A stretch of DNA of 23,540 nucleotides from Opitutaceae bacterium (GTDB taxonomy: Bacteria; Verrucomicrobiota; Verrucomicrobiia; Opitutales; Opitutaceae). The stretch's first letter is position 1. Every line of letters starts with the position of its first letter. Below are positions 1 through 7,877 of this stretch, one piece after another. The stretch is from contig DATKCJ010000187.1 of assembly GCA_035513275.1 (NCBI GenBank), positions 1 to 23,540 of the forward strand, written 5' to 3'. The position numbers and the translations under genes were made by a program. The notes under the pieces are model-generated. The model had not been told where the DNA came from. It was given only the letters and a program-made list of their open reading frames with translations, and ran no database searches.

Positions 1-111
1 GATTACATCGAGAGCTTCTACAACCGCTCGCGGATGCACTCCGCACTCGGCTATCAAAGTCCCCTCGACTACGAGACCAACCTCAACAACCTAAAACCAA
101 ATCACGCTTAA
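1..111 (+). CDS. IS3-family transposase (integrase-core/OrfB) C-terminal fragment. The gene runs off the window start and stops at TAA 109-111.
   Basis: Frame-1 translation DYIESFYNRSRMHSALGYQSPLDYETNLNNLKPNHA* matches the conserved C-terminal tail of IS3-family OrfB transposases (..F.N..R.HS.LGY.SP..YE..). Only 36 codons are visible. Confidence 0.6.
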   Translation, partial: DYIESFYNRSRMHSALGYQSPLDYETNLNNLKPNHA

Positions 112-150
112 CGCGTGTCCGATTTATCGGGGGAAGCACATCATCTGTGG
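1..150 (+). mobile_element. Right (3') end of an IS3-family insertion sequence. The terminal inverted repeat is not resolvable without the left end.
   Basis: The transposase C-terminus ends at 111. The palindrome CACGCTTAACGCGTG spans the stop codon. The IS end is expected a few tens of bp downstream. The boundary is uncertain. Confidence 0.35.
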
Positions 151-266
151 CCAACTCCTGCCTTCTTCCCATTCGCGCTGATTCGGTAATTCGTGTCGCT
201 CCCTCGCCTTCCTTGACGTGAGCACCTCGGCCGCAGTCGACTAAGTTTGCGGCGCGACACTCCCCC

Positions 267-1607
267 ATGTTCGACGGCTCCTCGATACTCTTGCTGCTCC
301 TGGTCGGAATCGTCTTCGTCATCGTCGCGACTGCGCGCTACAAGCTGCATCCGTTCCTTGCGCTGCTGATCGCGGCGGGAGCCATCGGGCTCGCTTCGGG
401 AATGCCGGCGATCACGGCGCTCACCGCCATCACCGGCGGCTTCGGCCGCACAGTCGGCGCGATCGGCATCGTGATCGCGTGCGGTGGCATGATTGGCGCG
501 ATACTCGAACGAAGTGGCGGCGCCCTCTCGATGGCGGAGTCCGTGCTGCGCCTCGTCGGTCGTAAGCGCGCGCTCGTCGCGATGGCGGGCACTGGCGCGA
601 TCGTTTCCGTGCCGGTCTTCTGCGATTCGGGCTTCGTTCTGCTCGCGCCACTGAACCGCGCGCTCTCGCGCCAGACAGGCATCTCCATCGCGAGCTTCGC
701 CGTCGCACTCGGCATGGGACTCTACACGACGCATTGCCTCGTGCCGCCCACGCCGGGACCGATCGCCGTCGCCGGTGAGCTTCACGCCGACCTCGGCGCC
801 GTAATCCTTCTCGGACTTGTTGCCGCAATTCCCGCCATCGCCGCTTCGTGCCTCTACGCAAGATTCGTAGCCACGCGTATCGTTGTGGCCCCACCCGCGG
901 CTGCCGAAACGGAGCCGACGCCCGTGACCGAGCGGATGCCGGCAGCGTGGGCGTTCGCGCCGGTGCTCGTGCCCGTCGTCCTGATCGCGCTCAAGTCCGT
1001 CGCCGCCTATCCGGGCAGCGCCATCGCGGGCGCGCTGCCCGTTCTGTTGATCGCGGGCGATCCAAATGTCGCACTTGTGCTGGGGGTCCTCATCGCGATG
1101 TTCGCCGCTCGCCGGCATGGCCGCGAGGCGATATCCGAATGGTGCGCCGACGGCCTGCGTGCGACCGGAGTGATCATTCTCATCACCGCCGCCGGTGGCG
1201 CGCTCGGCGCCGTGCTTCGCGAAACTTCGCTCGCGGCGCTCGTTGGCGACACGCTCACCACGCTCGACCTCGGTCGCCTGAACATCCTCCTGCCATTCGT
1301 CATCGCCGCCGGACTCAAAACCGCCATCGGCTCATCCACCGTCGCCATGATCACCACGGCATCGCTCGTGGGCCCGCTCCTCGGCGTGATGGGACTGACG
1401 ACCGGATCCGGTCCGGTGCTCGCCACGCTTGCCATCGCCTCCGGCTCAATGGTCGTCTCGCACGTTAACGACAGTTACTTCTGGGTCATCACCCAAACTT
1501 CCGGCCTCACAATCACGCAGGGTTGCAAGCTCATCACAGTCGCCTCCGCCATCGCCGGCCTCACCGCCATTGCCACCGTCTTCGCACTCAGCCTCATCCT
1601 GCTGTGA
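267..1607 (+). CDS. GntP-family permease (gluconate:H+ symporter family), 446 aa.
   Basis: Polytopic membrane protein. The N-terminal segment KLHPFLALLIAAGAIGLASGMP matches the GntP signature (..F.ALL.a..vGl..GMP). Length and hydrophobicity pattern fit the GntP/DsdX family. Confidence 0.8.
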   Translation: MFDGSSILLLLLVGIVFVIVATARYKLHPFLALLIAAGAIGLASGMPAITALTAITGGFGRTVGAIGIVIACGGMIGAILERSGGALSMAESVLRLVGRKRALVAMAGTGAIVSVPVFCDSGFVLLAPLNRALSRQTGISIASFAVALGMGLYTTHCLVPPTPGPIAVAGELHADLGAVILLGLVAAIPAIAASCLYARFVATRIVVAPPAAAETEPTPVTERMPAAWAFAPVLVPVVLIALKSVAAYPGSAIAGALPVLLIAGDPNVALVLGVLIAMFAARRHGREAISEWCADGLRATGVIILITAAGGALGAVLRETSLAALVGDTLTTLDLGRLNILLPFVIAAGLKTAIGSSTVAMITTASLVGPLLGVMGLTTGSGPVLATLAIASGSMVVSHVNDSYFWVITQTSGLTITQGCKLITVASAIAGLTAIATVFALSLILL

Positions 1608-1609
1608 GT

Positions 1610-2139
1610 CAGATCATTTCCCGAACCTGATCTCTCGTCACAGAGTTCACGGAGGCCACACAGAGTCCATGGAGGCAAAAAACTCCTCTGTGCACTCGGT
1701 CCGGCCCTCTGTGCTCTCCGTGACTCAGAATCCGTTTTCTTTGAATGCCGCCTATGACGCGCTAGTCCCATTCGTGCTCTGCTGGCCAGCAGAGTGACCC
1801 AACTTCCTCATCTGATTCCGACCTCCATGTCTCTGCCTGTCCTCCGTAGCCTCGGCGAAGGAGGATGCCTCCGTGGTTCAGTCCATCCAAATCCGTGCCC
1901 ATCTGTGAAATCAGTGGCCAGAACTCCGTGTTTCTTCTGTGTCTCGTGCTGCTTCGTGCAAGTTCCCGCGACATAGCCGGGTCCGTTCCCCTCTGTTCCT
2001 GTCTCCTGCGTTTCCCTTTTTTCGTGTATTCAGTGTATTCCGTGGGCAGCCCTCCTTCCCCTCTTCGCTCCGAAACCTTTCGTGTGTTTCGTGTATTTCG
2101 TGGTTCCCATCCCCTCTGTGGTTTAAGATCTGACTTCCG
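1610..2139. repeat. 530-bp pyrimidine-rich non-coding spacer packed with CTCTGTG / CACAGAG octamer-like units and TTCGTGTATT direct repeats.
   Basis: Tandem CACAGAGTTCACGGAGGC / CACAGAGTCCATGGAGGC units are followed by inverted CCTCTGTGCACTC / CCCTCTGTGCTCTC units. TTCGTGTATT...TTCGTGTGTTTCGTGTATTTCGTGG lies near the 3' end. CCTCTGTGGTTTAAG sits 10 nt before the ATG at 2140. Every ORF in the region is short and Cys/Ser/Pro-rich. Confidence 0.5.
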
Positions 2140-3435
2140 ATGAATGATCCCCTTCCCGCGCGTAGCGCTCGCTTCGCGTCACAACTGAATCTCGACAACG
2201 CCCTCCTGCTCATCGGAGCGGGCGAGCCGATCTCGATCCCCGGCGGAGCCGACCAGACCTACCCATTCATCGCGCACGCCGAGTATTTCGCCCTCACCGA
2301 CCTGAACATCCCAGGCGCCGTCCTCGCCTACGATCACGCCGACGGTCCCGAGGCGGGCTGGGTGTCGTTCGTGCCCGACATCACCGAGGCGCAGCGCGTA
2401 TGGGAGGGACTCGTGTCCGTGCCCGGCACACCGCTTTCGAAGCTTGGAACATGGCTCGCCGCGCGCAGCGCGCGTCCCGTCATTCATCTCGGCGTGCCGC
2501 TCCACGGCGCGAAGCCCGACAACGCCGCGATCGCCGCCGTGCGTGAGCAGTTCATGCACGCGCGTCGACCGAAGGACGCCGCACAACTCGACCGCATTCG
2601 CGCCGCAGCGGCAGCCACGGCCGCAGGTTTCAAGACCGCAGCCGAGCACATCCGACCCGGCGTAACCGAGCGCGCACTGCAGATCGAGATCGAGGCGTCG
2701 TTCGCACGCGCAGGCGGCACACGCACCGCCTATGACACAATTGTCGGCATCGGCTCGAACTCCGCGGTGCTGCATTTCATGCCAACCGACCGCGCCGCGA
2801 AGGAAGGCGACCACATCCTAATCGACGCCGGCGCCGAAGTGCGCCGCTACTGCGCCGACGTCACGCGCACGTTCGTCGTCGGCACGCCGCGCGGCATCAC
2901 GAGGGACCTCTACGCAATCGTCCTCGAAGCCGAGGAGCGCGCGATCTCGCGCTGCCTGCCCGGCACCGAGTGGCGTGAGATCCATCTGCGCTGCGCCGTC
3001 GAACTCACGGCCGGACTCGTTTCGCTCGGCCTCATGCGCGGCGATCCCGCGGGGCTCGTCGAGCGCGAGGCGCACCTGCTCTTCTTTCCGCACGGCATCG
3101 GTCACATGGTCGGCCTCGGCGTGCGCGACGCGGGCGGCATGTTCCCCGGCAGAAGGAAATCCGAATCGCCCTCGCTCAAGAACCTCCGCACCGACCTCCC
3201 GCTCGAGCCCGGATACGTGATGACCGTCGAACCCGGCCTCTACTTCATCCCCGCGCTCCTCAACGACCGCGAGCGCCGCACACGATTCAAGGACGCCGTC
3301 GCCTGGGACAAGGTCGACCTCCTCATCGGCACCGGCGGCATCCGGATCGAGGACAATGTCCTCATCACCGCTTCCACCCCCGAAAACCTATCTGCCGCGA
3401 TACCGAAGGACTGGGCCTCGGCTGTGCGGGGATGA
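2140..3435 (+). CDS. M24-family Xaa-Pro aminopeptidase (PepP/PepQ-like), 431 aa.
   Basis: Pita-bread-fold metal ligand motifs are present: DAGAEVRRYCADVTRTF, FPHGIGHMVGLGVRD, EPGYVMTVEPGLY and GGIRIEDNVLIT. The N-terminal region is AMP_N-like. Confidence 0.85.
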   Translation: MNDPLPARSARFASQLNLDNALLLIGAGEPISIPGGADQTYPFIAHAEYFALTDLNIPGAVLAYDHADGPEAGWVSFVPDITEAQRVWEGLVSVPGTPLSKLGTWLAARSARPVIHLGVPLHGAKPDNAAIAAVREQFMHARRPKDAAQLDRIRAAAAATAAGFKTAAEHIRPGVTERALQIEIEASFARAGGTRTAYDTIVGIGSNSAVLHFMPTDRAAKEGDHILIDAGAEVRRYCADVTRTFVVGTPRGITRDLYAIVLEAEERAISRCLPGTEWREIHLRCAVELTAGLVSLGLMRGDPAGLVEREAHLLFFPHGIGHMVGLGVRDAGGMFPGRRKSESPSLKNLRTDLPLEPGYVMTVEPGLYFIPALLNDRERRTRFKDAVAWDKVDLLIGTGGIRIEDNVLITASTPENLSAAIPKDWASAVRG

Positions 3436-3521
3436 GTTGCCCCCACTCCGACCTTTCGCTCTGACTGCAGACATCGGCAAATGCTGTTGCCCCGCAACCG
3501 CGTGTTCCTACCTTCCCTTTT

Positions 3522-3731
3522 ATGCCAAAAGTCACATTGCCCGCGCACTTTGACGGAGAACAGATCCGACTGGATGAGCCATACAAACTCCAGAAGGACG
3601 CGCGGCTCCTTGTCGTCTTGATGGCTGAGCCCGCTGAACACGAAAAGTGGACCGCTGTGTCAGAGGCAGCACTCGTGAGGGTATACGGGAGTGACGAGCC
3701 GGAGTATACGATCGAAGACGTTCGGCGATGA
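3522..3731 (+). CDS. Putative antitoxin (small DNA-binding or β-barrel family, DUF104/AbrB-like) of a MazF/PemK-type toxin-antitoxin pair, 69 aa.
   Basis: Small acidic protein directly upstream of, and overlapping, the MazF-like gene. Its core GEQIRLDEPYKLQKDARLLVVL resembles the DUF104/VapB-type β-hairpin antitoxin. GC content is low relative to the flanks. The family assignment is tentative. Confidence 0.5.
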   Translation: MPKVTLPAHFDGEQIRLDEPYKLQKDARLLVVLMAEPAEHEKWTAVSEAALVRVYGSDEPEYTIEDVRR

Positions 3732-4065
3732 TTGCTGGCGACATGCGCTGACATCGCTACCACAGGCAGACGGCTCCGCGAAGTTGAGGCCGGTGCTCTT
3801 GCTGAAGAAGTTCCCGCCGTTCGGAGACTTTCTCGTTTGTGGCATCAGCAGCCAGACACGGCACCAAGTCGCCGGCTTTGATCACGTCATAATCGCTGGC
3901 ACCGCGGAATTCACTGCAACTGGACTCAAGGCGACATCTGTCGCGAGGCTTGGCTTTCTCGCGGTGTTACCAGAATCACATTTCACCGGACGAATAGGCG
4001 CGGTTTCGGATGACACGTTGAACATGTTGCTTCGTCGCCTAAGCGAGTTTCTGGTCAAACCGTAA
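3691..4065 (+). CDS. MazF/PemK-family endoribonuclease toxin, 124 aa, with a GTG start that overlaps the antitoxin by 41 nt.
   Basis: GDDCW...KLRPVLLL...GDFLVCGISSQ...VIIAGT...SVARLGFLAVLPE...LNMLLRRLSEFL follows the PemK/MazF pattern (RPvlVlS; .v.v.pIts.....p..v.i; S.v...q.r.ld..rl). The only in-frame start upstream of the conserved GDD-W block is GTG at 3691. The ATG at 3728 is out of frame. Confidence 0.75.
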   Translation: MTSRSIRSKTFGDDCWRHALTSLPQADGSAKLRPVLLLKKFPPFGDFLVCGISSQTRHQVAGFDHVIIAGTAEFTATGLKATSVARLGFLAVLPESHFTGRIGAVSDDTLNMLLRRLSEFLVKP

Positions 4066-4077
4066 CGCCGGTGATGA

Positions 4078-4587
4078 ATGAGCTGTCGTCCAAAACGGCA
4101 CGATTGCCTCGGCGAGCACTTCGCCTTTACCCAAAGGCTGAATAACACACCGTTCGGCAAAATTCTCATTCGAGCGCTACTTCTCATACTCGGCCTGTGC
4201 ATCGGGTTCATCCAGTGCGGCGCGAAGCCCAAGCCAGAAGAAGTCGAGGCAGTCGATTTGCCCCGGGAGATATTCACTGGTGAGAATCTCAAGACCGAAG
4301 CTGACATGCGTCGGGTCGTTGAGACCATCAAGATCGCGCCGAGGGGAGCACGGTTCTCCAAGCAGCAATTGAAAGGCATGGAAGATATTTTGGTCGCATT
4401 GCTGAATGTCGCAGCGTCTGAGAAGATTGACTTGGTTCGTTTCTCAGCGTCATGCGACTTGTTCGCCACGCTTGATTCCACTATGAGCGGAAAGGAAGGC
4501 TGGAGGACGATTCAGTCCGAAGCCAAAGGTGAAGATCATCTGGTGGATTTGGCGGCTGTCATCGCAGTAATGAAAACATGGGGTTGA
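4078..4587 (+). CDS. Hypothetical small lipoprotein or secreted protein, 169 aa, no recognisable family. The start is uncertain.
   Basis: A hydrophobic segment ILIRALLLILGLCIGFIQCG is followed by a polar domain. GC is about 50%, lower than the roughly 66% flanks. It sits 13 nt after the MazF stop and was probably co-acquired. The opposite-strand ORF 3882..4481 has junk-like composition. Confidence 0.45.
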   Translation: MSCRPKRHDCLGEHFAFTQRLNNTPFGKILIRALLLILGLCIGFIQCGAKPKPEEVEAVDLPREIFTGENLKTEADMRRVVETIKIAPRGARFSKQQLKGMEDILVALLNVAASEKIDLVRFSASCDLFATLDSTMSGKEGWRTIQSEAKGEDHLVDLAAVIAVMKTWG

Positions 4588-4610
4588 AGAAAGGGCCGAA
4601 TATTCGACCA

Positions 4611-4645
4611 GCGCCCATGGCGGGGCGCAGTCCCGCCATGGGCGC
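4611..4645 (+). terminator. Perfect 14-bp GC-rich stem-loop: GCGCCCATGGCGGG - gcgcagt - CCCGCCATGGGCGC.
   Basis: Arms 4611-4624 and 4632-4645 are exact reverse complements. The structure lies 24 nt after the stop of the 169-aa ORF and has no U-tract. It could be a terminator, an RNA stability element or a recombination site marking the edge of the low-GC insert. Confidence 0.4.
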
Positions 4646-4915
4646 ATCACTGAACGTTCGGCAATAAGGGAGCGATACCGGCACTCATCTCTCACAAGGT
4701 AAAATGGTATTCTTGCTGCGAGATCGCGACGGGCTCGCGGACACGCTCGGACACAGCGATTTCGACTGTGAAGATTGGCCATCTGCGATCGCGAGCTGTC
4801 CAAGACGCCAAATTAGCGCGGCTACAGCGTGCGAGGACGCACTCTTCTAGGATGGGAGGCGCGCGGGTCGGACCTTTCGTCGCGAGCGGGATGCCGGCAG
4901 GGTTGCTTCACCCCG

Positions 4916-5971
4916 ATGTCCCGCGACTTGCTCGATCTCGCCTCGCAACGCCACCGCGTGCCGATTGCCGCCGACTTGGTGCTGCACAAGCACGCCGACG
5001 CGGATCAAATTATTCGAGACGGCGGCCGGCTCGGCGAAGTGGTGGCTGAGGCGGCGGAAGCTTTTCACACTCCCCTCGCCTTTCCCCTCATGGATCTGCG
5101 GCTGGAGAAGGCCGAGTTGCTCAACCACTTCGGCGTGGCGACGGACGACATCGAGAAATTCCACTTCGTTGTTCCGCCGACTCTCGAGCAGCGCCGCAAT
5201 TACGCCACGTTCGTGAAGCAGGTCGCGCCGAGCGAACGCGTCGCGGCTAACCTGGGCGCCGTGCACTCAATCCGGTCGCGGACAAAACTCGTTCCCGTGG
5301 GCATGTGCATCGGCCCCTACTCGCTCACGTCGAAGCTCATGGCGGATCCGATCACGCCGATCTACCTCGCAGGGATGGGCGTCACCGCCGAGGAGGAGCC
5401 GGAAGTCGCACTGCTGGAAGCGTGCATGGACATCAGCATCACCTGCGTGATGCACGAGGTTGAACTGGCTGTCGCAGCCGGGGCCAAGGCGATCTTCATC
5501 GCGGAGCCTGCGGCCAACCAGATCTTCTTCTCCCCGCTTCAACTGGCCGCCGGCAGCGACATCTTCGAACGCTGCGTGCTCGCGCCCAACCGGCGGATCG
5601 CAGCGCTCCTCGCCGACCGCGGCGTGGATTTGATCTTCCACTGCTGTGGCGAAATTACCGACGGGATGCTGGAAGGATTCTGCTCGCTGCGACCCGCGAT
5701 GCTGAGCCTCGGCAGCTCACGCAAGCTTTGGGATGTCGCGCCACTTGTGCCCAAGGACATCGTCCTCTACGGCAATCTTCCCTCGAAGATGTTTTACTCG
5801 GACCAGATGATGCCGCTCACGCGCGTCGCGGAGGACACCGCACGGCTCGCGGCACAGATGGAGGCAACCGGTCATCCGTTTATCCTCGGCACCGAGTGCG
5901 ACACCCTGCACGTGCCCGAATACGCCGCGACGATCTGCAAGAAAGTCGACTGCATGCTCACGGCGGCGTGA
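4916..5971 (+). CDS. Uroporphyrinogen decarboxylase (URO-D) superfamily protein, MtaA/CmuA-like methyltransferase fold, about 351 aa.
   Basis: Length and α/β-barrel pattern with FIAEPAANQIFFSPLQ, LIFHCCGEITDGMLE and ILGTECD are typical of the URO-D/MtaA family. The in-frame ATG at 4916 (MSRDLLDL...) is preferred over the ORF-track start at 4829 because the first 29 codons are atypical. Confidence 0.7.
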   Translation: MSRDLLDLASQRHRVPIAADLVLHKHADADQIIRDGGRLGEVVAEAAEAFHTPLAFPLMDLRLEKAELLNHFGVATDDIEKFHFVVPPTLEQRRNYATFVKQVAPSERVAANLGAVHSIRSRTKLVPVGMCIGPYSLTSKLMADPITPIYLAGMGVTAEEEPEVALLEACMDISITCVMHEVELAVAAGAKAIFIAEPAANQIFFSPLQLAAGSDIFERCVLAPNRRIAALLADRGVDLIFHCCGEITDGMLEGFCSLRPAMLSLGSSRKLWDVAPLVPKDIVLYGNLPSKMFYSDQMMPLTRVAEDTARLAAQMEATGHPFILGTECDTLHVPEYAATICKKVDCMLTAA

Positions 5972-6010
5972 GGCGGCGGCGCCGATTTCCGGTAGACGCC
6001 GTTCGCAAAA

Positions 6011-6028
6011 GCGGCAGGGGACTGCCGC
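6011..6028 (+). terminator. Stem-loop GCGGCAG-ggga-CTGCCGC after the URO-D-like gene.
   Basis: A 7-bp perfect stem lies 40 nt after the stop at 5971 in a convergent intergenic region. Confidence 0.3.
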
Positions 6029-6187
6029 ACTCCAAGACGCTGCCGCGACTGATTGAACGCCATGTGCAGAGCCGAAGGCCTTGGAGTGCGCCGCTCCTGT
6101 GGCGCTTTGCGGCCGGTCGCCATTTGCGCGTGGCTAAGATTGGGGTGAATCCCGCCAGAGAGTTTTCCGTGCTGACTACTTCTCGCC

Positions 6188-7750
6188 CTACCGCTCGAGC
6201 GTGACTTCCTTGCCCGAGGCGAGGCGGACCGTGAGCGTCGCGCCGGGACGGAACTGGAGTCCGCGATAGTCCTCGCCGGCAATCTGAGTGAGTTCAGAAA
6301 TGTATTTGGTCGGGCCGACGAGGTCGTCGTAGGTCGCAGACGTCTTGCCCGTCTCCATGAAGAACTGGTCCGCGGCGCCAGAGAGTTGCCGGAGGTTGTT
6401 GAGCACCGCCTTTTGCTGCGAGGTCTCCCGGACCTTGTTGAACGCGGGAATCGCCATCGCAGCAAGGAGCCCGACAGTGACGGGATTGTAGACGGCGAGT
6501 CCGGCCAGGTCCTGTTTCATCGAGCGGTTCCAATACGACTCGATCAGCAGCCCGTCCGGCAGGTTGCTTCTCACTGAGATCAGTGGCCTGTCCGTCTGGG
6601 GCAGTTGCCGCATGAACATGCCAATCGCCCGCGCCGACTCGGCGGGCAGTTGCGGATTCAGGCTCTCGAGGTCCGCGAGGCGCTTGAAAAACTTCGGACT
6701 TAGGTAGACGAGGCCGTTGCCCTCGCTCGGCACGTGCGTGAGCGCCGTCTGAAATTCCGGATTGCCGGAGAGCCGGTCCGTCGTCGCGCGGCATTCGCCG
6801 AGGAATTGCGGCGAACTTGCGATGAGCAGCGTCGACCCGTCGATGACGACGACAGGTTGAATGCCCTTCATCGGAAGCTGCTGCCGAAACTCGAAGATCT
6901 CCAGCGCACCTTCCTTGCGCACCGCGAAAAAGGGAAGCTGGGTAAGTGCATCCCTCACCGACGGCGCGATTCCGTCGATGGAGATCAGGAACGAGAATGC
7001 CGGCATCTTGAACTGCTGCGGTGTCGGCAACGTAATGTTTTCCTGCGGGTCGAGTCGCATCACGAACGCCATGTGCCCCTTCCAGCCTTGGACGATGCTC
7101 AGCACGGAGATCGCCGCGTTGCGTCCTGCATCCTTCAACGCCTGCTCGATCTTCCCGGAAGCTTCCTTGCCGGCCGTGATGTCGACGATCTGGAGAATCG
7201 TCGAGTAGACGACGGGCACGTCGACCTCGGTTTCGGCGAAGAAGTCCGCATCGGCTGGCGCGAGGTTGAGCCGCGCGAACGGGGCCGGCGGGCCGCCGAG
7301 TCCGGCGACCACTCCCCGCCGCTCACCGGGGATGTGGACATACATCCTATTCCTGAAAAATCCCGTGCCGTCGGGCACAGAACTGACACCGACCGCCTTG
7401 ATGCCGTCGAGACCGAGAGCAGTCACCAGCGCCGGGTAGTCCTGCTTGAGCGCCTTGGCGTTTGCCGGTTGTGCCTCGGCGAGCCCCGCCATGAACAACT
7501 CGATCTCCCGCGCGATCTTCATAACGTCGCCGTCGACGTCGGCGTAGCCATAGAGGGTTCCACCGACTTCGAGGTGCTTGTGCACAGCCATGAAGTGGCG
7601 GCTCCGCTCCTCTTGTTTCACCAAGGCGATCGCGTCCGACTTCGAAGAAGTCGAACCGGGCGCCGACCCGGTCGCCTCGTCTTTCTTGCCACAGCCCGCG
7701 CAAACGAGCATCGCCACGAGCATAGCACCGCAAGCCAGTCGGGTATTCAC
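6188..7750 (-). CDS. Secreted or lipoprotein hypothetical protein of about 520 aa. An N-terminal domain of roughly 400 aa has no recognised family. The C-terminal 110 aa are a type II secretion pseudopilin (GspG)-like module without a prepilin leader.
   Basis: The signal-like N-terminus is (V/M)NTRLACGAMLVAMLVCAGCGKKDE. Alternative starts are 7822, 7750 (GTG), 7723 and 7711. The C-terminal segment VGLLAAMAIPAFNKVRETSQQKAVLNNLRQLSGAADQFFMETGKTSATYDDLVG...GKEVTLER closely follows the pseudopilin α1-helix and αβ-loop consensus (LAAIAIPnF.kaRe.sq......nLRqi..a.eqy..e.g). The stop TAG at 6188-6190 was verified. Confidence 0.6.
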   Translation of the reverse strand: MNTRLACGAMLVAMLVCAGCGKKDEATGSAPGSTSSKSDAIALVKQEERSRHFMAVHKHLEVGGTLYGYADVDGDVMKIAREIELFMAGLAEAQPANAKALKQDYPALVTALGLDGIKAVGVSSVPDGTGFFRNRMYVHIPGERRGVVAGLGGPPAPFARLNLAPADADFFAETEVDVPVVYSTILQIVDITAGKEASGKIEQALKDAGRNAAISVLSIVQGWKGHMAFVMRLDPQENITLPTPQQFKMPAFSFLISIDGIAPSVRDALTQLPFFAVRKEGALEIFEFRQQLPMKGIQPVVVIDGSTLLIASSPQFLGECRATTDRLSGNPEFQTALTHVPSEGNGLVYLSPKFFKRLADLESLNPQLPAESARAIGMFMRQLPQTDRPLISVRSNLPDGLLIESYWNRSMKQDLAGLAVYNPVTVGLLAAMAIPAFNKVRETSQQKAVLNNLRQLSGAADQFFMETGKTSATYDDLVGPTKYISELTQIAGEDYRGLQFRPGATLTVRLASGKEVTLER

Positions 7751-7877
7751 AGTCCACAGATAGCGCAAATGGACGCCGCGCAGGAAGCCGATTCTTATGC
7801 GTGAGGCGCTCGGTTCCGACATTGACGTGATTTGTGTCCATTCGCGGTTGAGCGGACACGCTCGAGCCAGTCTCGCC

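Noticed and set aside
141-1118. 325-aa minus-strand ORF, and the 430..894 and 848..1468 ORFs, overlapping gntP.
   Set aside because: Arg/Gly-rich antisense artefacts. The plus frame gives a typical GntP permease.
1610-2139. Possibility that the clustered CTCTGTG units (also at 9673-9924 and 17444-17524) are a CRISPR array.
   Set aside because: Units are 7-8 bp, degenerate, frequently inverted, and lack regular 30-40-bp spacers.
1762-2213. Several 60-100-aa ORFs on both strands inside the pyrimidine-rich spacer.
   Set aside because: Cys/Ser/Pro/Phe-rich products reflect the CT-repeat composition, with mutually overlapping frames. They are treated as non-coding.
3882-4481. 199-aa minus-strand ORF as an alternative coding interpretation of the low-GC insert.
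   Set aside because: It has no start context and an incoherent sequence. The plus-strand ORF has a plausible signal or lipoprotein N-region and follows the toxin gene by 13 nt.
4829-4915. Upstream ATG at 4829 as the start of the URO-D-like gene.
   Set aside because: The first 29 codons (MRGRTLLGWEARGSDLSSRAGCRQGCFTP) look like translated leader. The protein family starts near MSRDLLDL at 4916.
6734-7804. 356-aa plus-strand ORF antisense to the 544-aa gene, and the 6294..6794 minus ORF in another frame.
   Set aside because: Arg/His-rich with low complexity. The chosen frame has a signal peptide and the pilin-like module.
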